64,000 bases of DNA, from positions 1-64,000 of the forward strand of contig NKIB01013066.1 in assembly GCA_002256025.1 (NCBI GenBank). The letters run 5' to 3'. Both the position numbers and the translations under genes were made by a program. This document shows positions 13,901 through 23,300 of this stretch, one piece after another; the stretch's first letter is position 1; each line of letters opens with the position of its first letter. The notes beneath the pieces were generated by a model. That model saw nothing but the letters and a program-made list of their open reading frames with translations. It searched no databases and had not been told where the DNA came from. The stretch is from Asterionella formosa (lineage: Eukaryota).

Positions 13901-14766
13901 CTTGTCCGGAGCGCGACCGTCATGACGAAACCCCCATGCACCATCGTGCAACAACAGCGCATATTATGGCTTTTAAAGCTGCAAGTAACGGGGGCTCGCT
14001 TCTTGATGAATCCATGTTGACAGAAACTGGTGGAGCTAGAAGTCACATTTCCAACTATCTGAGGACTGAAAGTTTCACTCATTCTTCCGATATCGGGACC
14101 GACAGCGTTTCACACAGTACGGTGACAACCCATATGACCAATGCTTCCAAATTGCAGTCCAGGCTACCCCCGCATTCTCATTCGAACACGCGATTTGTCA
14201 ATGCTCGCGAATCGTTACAGTCTTTCCCGGGTGGCGATTCACTGGGTGACGAAGCCAGCGTTGGATCTAGTGCGACTGGAGCAAGTAGTCAGAAAAGCGG
14301 CCAGCAGCAATCTGGATTAATGAGTGCCATCGGCAGCACATTTGGCGGATTCTTATCACGGCGCAGTAAAATCCCTTCGCATCACTCGCTGTCTTCGGAG
14401 GATTCGCCACCATCCGAACCCGCCTTCCTTCGCCAATTTCCGCCATCGTCGCTCCATGACCAGCAACCTTATCACCGTGTCGTGTCGGCTCCCCCGGGTC
14501 GAATAGGAGTTACTTTTGTACAATATCGCGGCCATGCCATGGTAAGCGATGTTGCTCCAGAATCACCGCTGTCGGGATGGGTATTTCCTGGTGACATTCT
14601 TATTGCGATTGATGAAGTTCCTGTCAGTGGTATGCGAGTTCGTGACATTGTGATGCTTTTAACAGCTCGAAAGGAGAGACAACGAGCACTTCGAGTCATC
14701 AGCAGCCATGCAATGACTGAGTTCACGCTTAACCAGAGTGCCCTCAGTGATGTGGTCCAGAACTGA
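10933..14766 (+). CDS. Large S-rich/coiled-coil protein with C-terminal PDZ-like domain
   Basis: 1325-aa open frame, first ATG at 10933. C-terminal APPGRIGVTF...VSDVAPESPLSGWVFPGDILIAIDEVPV is PDZ-like. Confidence 0.8.
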   Translation: MPSIGPEGIVKKLLFPSFTDAGASDAFREASDAFREGESVAGSDAPTEVRDNRSYQNGSDSKSGTTTTESTMSTEMEQPAPPPKSRAFFPSTDPQAKPLKLTARSLSVTAEIGGFPSSSLPLKSHYDNSDMESSYMTGSSSLLGQNFVGSDVLDDHHTNFFRTHQGELNEADDSTSDVNSTASDMGTVVGISSARMDEVNAMVLMTPAHDDDEYEDMKYSPPSINAGLSLPLLDEKENKKSPDASNSATAIVSAAFRRLGKRIPGTASAPTTPKANSNVEDYLKAANYQKCTTQANSFLRSPGSAAHFPSFKKDTTRPTLSPRFSNSMGAPTLSVNPPATLRHANSLASPLRFARGCLSFDNTVDESYYHPTINDHTLGGIPESPSVQDQALLQSKSWDPSTTTTPRAGVVSAFRVNEQRRAFDFRQPSRSHVHEAMDHSPEIVTTKDAFALRTQHNVEIEREDALDILACLVERSVAFEQESYALDYLNGGEIENTKSKNDEHIHPDDDKVSTFVESGTAADESESWLRSPPKNHRNLHVAGDLSESEALPNHLMESVCELRRISSGQQEGGITSHRTRMKAVDDLLRSHTYALEMKRAAKSASVWLRSIGRSEGLCDDDVNFVYTPRQPANEAATFRSQTFANQPEVEVRDISQSVNNMDMLAFKAMIHSSEQRAKEKDEQVLRLNEELSKCRAEIGRLKSTSRSKEIFTSPNRSILDYDDEQSDSSEDISKANADFNAFDGMPDNMSEIPTNETSFDPSFASGIKQGTRDWSALAEAKKESIQLKTALARANEVIRDLHSKSQGMSEHIGEPPVVAIDNPEVVKELEEYKEALRKAQQLENEIANLSSTSCSEQELSMRSDERLVKVKMLDTENFSTDWEEFASGLPPPPDHDLRSPIVAALLQQWTSDHSMHDSLLSWMERVMVGADPETVPPLTISSLDHQTRDGFSMHIIPMLLKRPDIHVGVKTRAHRRTAYDMAVTVTRSLACPERDRHDETPMHHRATTAHIMAFKAASNGGSLLDESMLTETGGARSHISNYLRTESFTHSSDIGTDSVSHSTVTTHMTNASKLQSRLPPHSHSNTRFVNARESLQSFPGGDSLGDEASVGSSATGASSQKSGQQQSGLMSAIGSTFGGFLSRRSKIPSHHSLSSEDSPPSEPAFLRQFPPSSLHDQQPYHRVVSAPPGRIGVTFVQYRGHAMVSDVAPESPLSGWVFPGDILIAIDEVPVSGMRVRDIVMLLTARKERQRALRVISSHAMTEFTLNQSALSDVVQN
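10999..11040 (+). repeat. Perfect 21-nt in-frame tandem duplication (ASDAFRE x2)
   Basis: GCAAGTGATGCCTTTCGAGAA occurs twice in succession. Confidence 0.95.
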
Positions 14767-15233
14767 ACAAGTTCAATTAGCTAGCAGAATGCCTTGTTTT
14801 GATCAAGTGAGATAAGTAATGTAAAATCCAACATTTTTTATTTCGTTTTTACTTACAAACTATCAACATTCTTTGCTTTGTGTTAATCGTGGGTTCGCGT
14901 GAACGAGGTGACGAAGCATTGTTTGAAGTCACAGTGTTCTCAAGCAGTCTTTGTTGAATTTTGATTTTGTTGCGTGCTGCTGCGTCTTTGGTATACCTGG
15001 CACTCCGGGGTACCTGGAAAGACTCACGTGGTTCTCCTTGGTCGTATTTTAGTCTCCATCTTCACCTCGAACCGGTGCTTAAAACCGCACCATGTATAAA
15101 CTGTGCCAGTATTGACAATTAATTATACCCCCAATACTACCATTTATTGTCGTAGTGAAAGCTAGTGCACTAGTTAACTAACATGATGCACGTACAAAGC
15201 ATGCACTGTGTGTGAGTGCGTGGTGCCACCGTG

Positions 15234-15350
15234 CTGGTACCTGGTACCAGGTACCAGGGTTACCAGGGGCGATGCTGTTACAATGCATGAAGTACCCTGG
15301 TACCAGGTACCGGTACCTGGTACTACGTTATGTACCAGGTACCAGCACCT
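15234..15350. repeat. Palindromic GGTACC/TACCAGG cluster (one of many in the window)
   Basis: Perfect 24-bp palindromes CTGGTACCTGGTACCAGGTACCAG (15234-15257) and GTACCAGGTACCGGTACCTGGTAC (15300-15323). Confidence 0.9.
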
Positions 15351-15527
15351 GGTGTTGCCGGATTTTGCTAGCTTCGTTGTGTGTAATGCTGATTCAACTG
15401 GTCTGGTATTTATACCGGGTAAGAAGCAGGCAATGAAATAACAAGGTACAGTACATTGAAAATGAAATTTGAATTTAATATAGTAAGTATTTATGTTATT
15501 ATTTAGTAGTATACACATTTATCTAGC

Positions 15528-15890
15528 TTAGCATGGCTTTAGTTGTGGATGCCCACCACCACTGCAACCTTTCAACATTTGGTTGACGAGAATTTGAGTA
15601 ACAAATCTTATCCTGACCATATGTCTCATAGATTTAATACAGGGCTACATGTGCCATGTACCCACTCAAACTAGCTAGAGTTGCCACTGCATCCCAGACA
15701 ACCTTGTGCTGCCAATAGTAGATGCATATTTCCTCATCCTGCTCCCTGCCCTGCCCTGCTGCTTGTAAATAGTAGCCTTTCTGGTTTTTGGTTCGGTGAT
15801 TCCAACTTCCCATTCTTACCAAAGAACAAATATAGTTTTGGTGTCTTGGAAGGTTTCTTTCGTTATTGGGATCCACATCCATGTTTGCTT
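15528..15890 (-). pseudogene. Decayed C-terminal GCR1_C-like domain of a Crypton-like (tyrosine-recombinase) transposon protein
   Basis: Across stops and frameshifts the minus strand reads KTIFVLW*EWEVGI...YYWQHKVVWDAVATL..SGYMAHVALY*IYETYGQ...VTQILVNQMLKGCSGGGHPQL*. This matches the recalled stramenopile Crypton-type pattern LW.E...GIGG.K.A...Y.RRKVVWD.V..L...G..A..AID.IY..YG....VT.I...GGHP.L. Confidence 0.6.
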
Positions 15891-17754
15891 GTTTGTCCGC
15901 AATACCTGCTTGATTGTTGGTTTGTTGGTTCCTAGAGCAAGCTGTGTAACATCATGGACCTATGGTACATTGCTTGGCTGGTTAGCCTACACATAAGGCT
16001 ATTTAAATAGTTAAAACAAGCATAGCAAATGTTGACCATTCCACAAGCTCTACTAAAGTAGAACTTTAGCTAGCTCAAGAATGGATCTGACCTATAGGGA
16101 TAGCTAGTGTGGCTATGTTAACCAACCCCAGATATATGATTCATCAGCTATAGACATGTTCTACTAACATTTAGCCTAGTAAAAGGCATAACCACACATT
16201 TCAGAACACTTATTACAATGTTTGATTTCGAAGTAGGATATCATGATACAGTGATTTCCTTATGGTTAAACAGTCACCTCTACAAAGAAAGTAGAACTTA
16301 TACTCTAGTAACCAGGAATTCATTAGTAATCTATACTTAGTCAGTCTCAAAGTCAGCATTGAACTTGAAATAAATAAACTAAGAGTGGACTATAATCCCC
16401 GATGTCTTGCACATCATGGGTACTCTGGCTAGGTGACTAGAAAGGTTTACAATGACATACAGGGCTCACATCATCATTTTTTCAAGCCCTGCTCAACCAA
16501 GCGATCGAAAATAGATTAAAAAACTTTTTAACTCACTCGTTTTAATCGTTCAACTCTGTTTGTTACCTCTGAAATTGTTTAGGATTGATCGCTTTGATAG
16601 CATATGGCTGATATTTCCATTTTGGCTGGGTTGCTGTTGGCATTTGTTGCAGCAAAAGCAACTTTGTCAGGAACACTGCCCAACGCTGACCACCACGATA
16701 TATGCGACCCTCATTCCAACAATATCATCTCAGGAGCATTCATTTCAACTTGTAAGTGTTAATGATTACTTAGAGATCCTGTTTTGACAATTTACCATTG
16801 TTCAATTGTAAAAACTCATGATTTTCCTGCATACACATCATCTTGCAGAATTGTCTAAGTCTTTCTTTAGCATTTGCTGGATTGTCAGTTCTTAGCAGAA
16901 AACCCACTGTTTTTTGAGTCAGTGCATTGGTCCATACACTCCGTCTCAGGATAATGGCCAAGGAAACAAGAAAACAACTGCCTTTTGACAGGGATGCCGT
17001 CAATGAGAACCTGGCTTGGCGCATCCCTCTCATCCTTAGAATTTGCGTTCAACACAGATGCAGCTTGGCCATCAGAGCGACAAGGAACCGAATATTTGCA
17101 GTTGTTTTCTTGTTAGTTGGAAGCAATTGTCAATTTGGCTGACCACTTGGAACTGACAGACACAACACGCACGCACGTAGCTTATTCCATTGATGAATTG
17201 GATATTTTATACTTGAATGAGAAAAGGATGACCATCATGATTGAACTCTTGCTAAATGTGAGACTCTAGAGGCTGCCTTACTTGTAATCTTTCCCTCGTC
17301 TTGTCTGCAGACTTGTTCTGTTTTATGACCTTTTTAATGACAAGGTCATTGACAGGCACAGCCATACTACCTTGTTGGATTTCCACTGTGGGTAATTACA
17401 TTCCAAGTGAAAAGACAATGTGGCATAAAGTACTACAATGCCTTTTTTGCAGTGATAGTTAATGGAATAATACTGGCCAAGTGTTTGGTTATCATCCTTG
17501 TTTTCCCCATGCTCCTCTACACTAAACTCACAACTTGTAGTACTATCATTGGCTATTTGCCATAACCTCTGTACAACATCATGGAAATAAGTACATTTTT
17601 GCAAGCATGGGAATGTGTCAGTTCATTTACTCTCCTGGTCAACATTGCTTGTTGCCATGCTGATGTTTATTTGTACTGATGTTTAAGTTTATTTTAATTT
17701 ATGATGTTTTACCAGTAGTATAATCCCTCAACATAACACAACACAGCCAGTGCA

Positions 17755-17930
17755 CCAGGTACACAGGTACAGGTACAGGTACGAGTCGTGCCCAAAAGTA
17801 CTCACCAGCTACACATGCCTGGTACCAGGTACCAGGTACCAGTAGCAGTACTCTAGGAACCCTGGTACCTGGTACTAGTCCAACTACCGGTACTCCAGTT
17901 ACACAAAAATGAATGTTCAGTGTACCGGTA
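17755..17930. repeat. GGTACC/TACCAGG/TACAGG cluster
   Basis: (CAGGTA)x3 near 17765, CCTGGTACCAGGTACCAGGTACCAG near 17818, and CCTGGTACCTGGTAC near 17861. Confidence 0.88.
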
Positions 17931-19095
17931 GCTCGTTCATTCACAGAGAAGCGCTAAATGCTCAGCTACAGATGGATCGTTTCAGATTTGTTAACTATCA
18001 CGCACGAATGACAAAACGTGTTATTCTATGTATAGAGGTTCAAAGCGGTAAAATAATTTCGATAGAGGCTCAAAGCAGTTATTAGGTTATACCAACATAG
18101 TAGCATGAGTCGACTCCTTGACAGACCGCTCGGTATGGATTTAGCTTATAACGCCGAAGGTGGGGCATAAGATGGTTAAGACTTCAAAGAAAACAATCCT
18201 AAATTGCTCATTTATAGCAACTTTTAAAGAAGTATCTTTTCGAAGTACCGGTACATTCGCTCAATATCGTGATATGGAAATGACTAACGGGATCACAACG
18301 TGATTGTCAACTCGTTGGCTGCATCTTTTTATTTATGGCTTCGTATTATGTATACCGGTAGTACAATAGAGCATACTGTTTTGACATTTGACATCATAAG
18401 AGAACATACGTAAATATATGGACTGTTACCTGGTACATGATTCCAGGAATCATAAAAAGTCTATGACCCGGTTTACGTTGACAGGTTCTCGGTCTCGGTA
18501 CGAGGTACCAGGTGCCATTCCGGTAACACATCAGTATGAATACGTACGATATACGGAGTATTATTTCATACTGTGTATGCATGTCTGTATTACATACCGG
18601 TACGAATTTTGCATTACACATTGTTTTTAGAATTGCTTACCGGGTGTGATGCCTCCAAAAAATTCTTCGTGAAAATTGCACTTGTCTTCGCGCAAGCCAT
18701 TTGCCATCCAAGACATGTATGTATACCGGTATTATATCTTATTATTGCTACAAAATGTCCTTGAAACCAAAAATTAAATCTATTCTCAAACAAATCCTTC
18801 TTGGCGCCATGATCGACTTGTCCCTTTCGAGCCAACACAAAGAAGATACCAAGATTATTGACCGGTGATAAGTAACTCTTGTTTCGCACGAGTATTGTAT
18901 GCTTCTGTGTGCGAATCAGGTTGATTGAGGGCGTTTTTAGGAGGTGTTTCCATTTCCCGCCACAGCCTGCAAATGTGGATATCCACGACACGATTAAGCG
19001 ACGACGCCAAGGGATTCCAAAAGAGATTCCGTGGTTCCAGGCCAACTTTTCGGCTTTTATTATTTTCCCGTAACAGGTGATCATATTAAATATTG

Positions 19096-20145
19096 ATGAT
19101 CCTTAGGATGGCACTGAAAGATAATAAGCGACCATTGGCTGATCGGAAGGTAGTTCAGTCCAGCTCTAGTCATCACGCTGGCATTGACGGTGGTCAGTAT
19201 GATAGCATTGTTGAATACCTTCGAGCTTTGTTGGTAGCGGAAGCGCGACCGCAATACTCTCCAGGCTTTGATTACTTGAATCCATCTGGTGAACGAAATA
19301 TTTCATCGAAAGAAACTATTACTGATACAGGACGGTGCAAGATGTGTGAATGGTGCTACAGCATCGTTGACCACTACGATGTGGATCGAGAGGTTGTTTC
19401 TATCGCTATGAGCTTCCTTGACCGTCATTCAGGTATCTTATCCAAGGTATCTGGCGGTTCTTCCATCTCCAATCGAGACTTTCAGTTGTCTGCGGTCACC
19501 TCTCTTTTTCTTGCAGTAAAGCTGCATGGTGATGTCTCGGTTGGCAGTGATGACCGACGAGTGCGATTTCCAATCGGAATGGTTTCTGATTTGACGAATG
19601 GAACTTTTTCAGTTGGGGATATCGAGGCATCAGAACGCAGTATGCTGCTTGCTCTTGAATGGTACACCCATCCTCCGACCACAATCAAGTTTGTGCGGAC
19701 CATGGTTGAGCTTTTCCCCACCTCAACCAGCTTAGGACGCCACCTTGTCAACCCGTACGCTTTGTTGGAGCTTTTCGAGATAGCAAGATACCTTACAGAA
19801 TTATCTGCTTGTGCGGGATTTCTCTCTATCAACTTTGAGCCTTCTGTTATAGCTTTTGCTTCCATTCTCTGTGCTATGGATGAATTGGATGGTGACGTGC
19901 TCGCAATCAAGTATAGCGTCCGAAACCAGTTCTTAGCCAATGTCAAAGTAGCAACGAATCTGTTTCCCGGCATGGAAGATGTCGAAGAAGTAAAGGAAAA
20001 GCTATCCATTGCTCTTTCTCAATCCAGTACAGGCGGTCGTAGCAGTCCTGCAGGCAAAAAGGTTTTAGTTTCTGGTATGTCTCCTGTTTGTGTCGTCGAT
20101 GGCATTAAAGCTGAAAAGAAGCGTCGCCGTGTTCCTTATTTCTAA
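19096..20145 (+). CDS. Cyclin, resembling the expanded diatom-specific cyclins (start ATG 19096 or 19108)
   Basis: Cyclin box RCKMCEWCYSIVDHYDVDREVVSIAMSFLDR...FQLSAVTSLFLAVKLH...IEASERSMLLALEWYTHPPT, followed by a Cyclin_C region (ARYLTELS...PSVIAFASILCAM). Confidence 0.92.
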   Translation: MILRMALKDNKRPLADRKVVQSSSSHHAGIDGGQYDSIVEYLRALLVAEARPQYSPGFDYLNPSGERNISSKETITDTGRCKMCEWCYSIVDHYDVDREVVSIAMSFLDRHSGILSKVSGGSSISNRDFQLSAVTSLFLAVKLHGDVSVGSDDRRVRFPIGMVSDLTNGTFSVGDIEASERSMLLALEWYTHPPTTIKFVRTMVELFPTSTSLGRHLVNPYALLELFEIARYLTELSACAGFLSINFEPSVIAFASILCAMDELDGDVLAIKYSVRNQFLANVKVATNLFPGMEDVEEVKEKLSIALSQSSTGGRSSPAGKKVLVSGMSPVCVVDGIKAEKKRRRVPYF

Positions 20146-20311
20146 TTCCTATTCGCATATGAGCGGAACACGTCTGCTCTATCAAACAAATCCTTCATAA
20201 TTATTTCAGTATATTTCTTTGTTGCTAGCCCTCATAATTTATTTAATGAAATCGACAATGTATTTTTATGTTTACAATTGTATTATGTTTTGACATAATT
20301 TGAATGCGCAT

Positions 20312-23300
20312 CTAGAATGTAAGCTTTGAAGCTGCAGAATTATCATCTTTTGGAGTTTCACCGTTTACCGCGCCCCTGCTGTTGGACGGTCGTCGCTTCA
20401 GGAAGAAACGCCCAGGACTACTAGGTACAATAGTCTTGCTGGATCGACCGGGAGACTCGGGTCTTGTTTGCATGGTTTTTCGACTCATAGAGGGTGACGA
20501 GGGGGCCTTTACTCCACGCGGAGCACTTCCGCTTCTTGCTCTTGATGAAGCCCTTGTTTTCGAATTCTCAGCTGGAGTAGGAGGCTTAGAATTGTTAGCG
20601 TTATTACTTTGAGGACTTGGATTGGAGCTTTGGGGTCGAGATGTCAGTGCTGTCGACGAAGTCCAAACCGACTTTTCTCCTTCAAGCCCTTCAACACGCT
20701 TCTCCAGATTTTCGTTTTGCTTTTCCAGTGCCGATGCTCGATACACATCGTTTTTCATCACCGCGAAGTCTTCCTGAGCACGTTCAAGTTTTAATCGAAG
20801 GCTCTTGTTCTCCTCTTGCAAGGATGTGTTTCGCCATTTAAGATTCTCGAACTTCTCTTTCAGGTCCGCAATTCGATCTGTTGTTTCCTTTGTCATCGTT
20901 CTCGCCAATGGTGACTCCTGCATGGCACCTAGTCTCTCCTCCATCTTATTCATCTGAGATTCGTACTCAAGCTCTCGCTGTTCCAGCTTCATCTTCAATG
21001 AAGTAATTTCACGCTCAAGCTTCTGAGCTTTGCCCGTTGAATCAATTACTTCTTGCTGCATCTCCTCAATTTCAGCTCTTCTTCCGATCGTGGAACGTTC
21101 CATGCTTCCTTGTAGATGATCCATCTCCTGTCGCATATTCTCTACTAGCTGCTCCTGTGCTACCAAGGTCTGCTCGAGAGCATCGATTTTAGAGTTCTTG
21201 AGTTGCAACTTCGCCTCCAGCTCGTCTTTGAGATCTTTATTTTCCAATTCAATTGCTTTGATGTGCTTGAGCATCTCTGCTTCTATCTCTGAGTTCTGAG
21301 TCTTGGCTTCCAGTAATTCTTTTCTGATGTTGTCGATCGTAACCTCTGTGTTTAGCTTCATCAGCGTAATTTTCCGCTCGTACGAATCCATAATGCTCTT
21401 TTCACCATTTTCGCGACCGTTTTCTGCTTCGTGAAGGCGGGCCTTAAGCTTGTTAATGCTGACCATGTCCTCCTCCAGTGTCGCCAGGTGGTCCTTCAAT
21501 GCGTTAATTTCATTGACCAGGGACGAATTCTCCGCTGTAAGGGCCGCCTTCTCCTCGTCAGGCTTGGTCTTTTCATCTATAATCTTTCGCAACTCTTGAA
21601 GGGATGTCTTCGCGTCCTCTGCAATTGAAGATTTCAGCTCGTTTTCGATTTTTAATCGTTGAACCTCGTTTTTGAGGCCTTCTATGTCGCCCTTGGTTGA
21701 AGCGTGTTTACCGGTAAGTTCCTCGATGATTTCGTCGCGTTCTCGAAGCTTGGCGTCGAGCTCGTCAACAGCTGCGACTCGCATCTTCCGCATGGTCTCC
21801 ATTTCCTGAGCAAGCCTTTCCTCGGCCGCGTCTTTACAAGCGATTGCAGCGTTAAGCTCATCTCTAAGACTGGCATCCTCTTTTGCAGAAGCTCCTGTCT
21901 TGCTACGCAAATCGCTCATGGCCTTATTGGCAAGCTCAAGTTCAAGACGGAGGTCGTCAACAGTATCAAATGCAGTTTGAGAATCCCTGATTTGTCTCCG
22001 AAGCTCCCGAATCTCTTGGCGTTGGGTTTCATTAGCCTCTTGCATCTCATCTAATTCGGCTTGCAATTCATCAATGCGATCCAGGTCACGGTCGCGCGGC
22101 GTCGCCTTATTCCTTGCTGTGGCTAACTCCTTCTGAAGATCAGCGAGATCGCTCTTAAGATCAGAAATCTCTTTATCTCTATCCTCGACATCGTATCGTA
22201 AGGCTTGAATTTCTTCGTCTTGCTCAATGATTTGACTAGCGAAGATCTCACTCTCCTTCTGTAATTGCTTCATTTCATCCCAGCTTGGCCCATCCTGACT
22301 TCCAAGTAGCTTGCGGGGAGATCTTCGCTTTGGATCCTCTTTAAGCCTTTCAACCTCAGCATTCAGCTTTTTGACAATAGCTTCTTGGTTCATCGACTGC
22401 TTAACAAGGGCGGCGATGGCGGAATCTCGTTCCTCGAGAGTCTCATAAAGATCGTTGTCCAAAGAACCTTTCACACCACGGTCTCTCTGAAGGTAGTTGG
22501 TGGCTGTCCTTCTAGATATTCCGCCATTGATATCGTTGTCCAGTTGTAGCTTCAATCGCGTCACCTCATTCTGGGCAGCACATAGTTCCTTTTCGAGGCG
22601 CTGAACCTCGCTATGAAGACGCTGCTCTGTTTCTTTACAATCCTCCACAGAGGCGCGAAGAAGGTCTATTTCTTCACGATTACCAGCTGTTCGCATGCTG
22701 CGTGTTGCGCGAAGTGACGAAGGCGTCGTGTTGCTGCAGGCCGCGAGCTGAGACTTGAGAGCTTCGACTTCGACTTTCATCTTCGCGAGCTTGTGCTCCT
22801 GTGAAACAGAAGACTTCACCAAAGTAGAAATAGTAGTGTCGCGATCTTCCAACTTGATCTTGACCTTTGCCTCAAACTGTTGATGCTCTGATTTGGAGCG
22901 AGCAAGTGCTTTGGTAAGCTTTTCTTCTGCATCCTTTGCTGCTATAAGTTCCCTTCTTAGAGCCTCTTCCATCGCTCCAACATGCTCATTGGAGGTTTTA
23001 TTGATGTCTCCCTTCGACAGCATCAAGATCTCAACATCCTTGCGCTTTATACACTCTTCAAGCTTCGCACACTCTATGACAATTTCAGTGAGGTTTCGCG
23101 AGTCACCTGATCTATTGATGACTTGGGCTAGTTCTTCGTCCTTCACTAGTAATTGCGTTTCATAATGGTCAATTAATTCACTCCTCTGTTCCTCCCATTT
23201 CGCCCTTGTCTCCTTAAGCTGATTTTCCACTCGCTCCTTCTCGTCATCCAAAGCAAGAAGCGCAATTTGAGATTCCCGGAGAGCTTTTTGGATCATTGCA

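Noticed and set aside
15174..15518. Short ORFs containing WYQVPGT/LVPGTRY (also 10187, 17699, 28589, 42832, 43049)
   Set aside because: They are translations of the GTAC palindrome clusters on both strands, not a protein family.
15234..17930. CRISPR-like array suggested by recurring palindromes
   Set aside because: No constant-length repeat with regular unique spacers, no cas genes, and the context is eukaryotic.
18614..19084. 156-aa minus-strand ORF upstream of the cyclin
   Set aside because: No recognisable domain and it lies in the cyclin promoter/5' region; probably chance.
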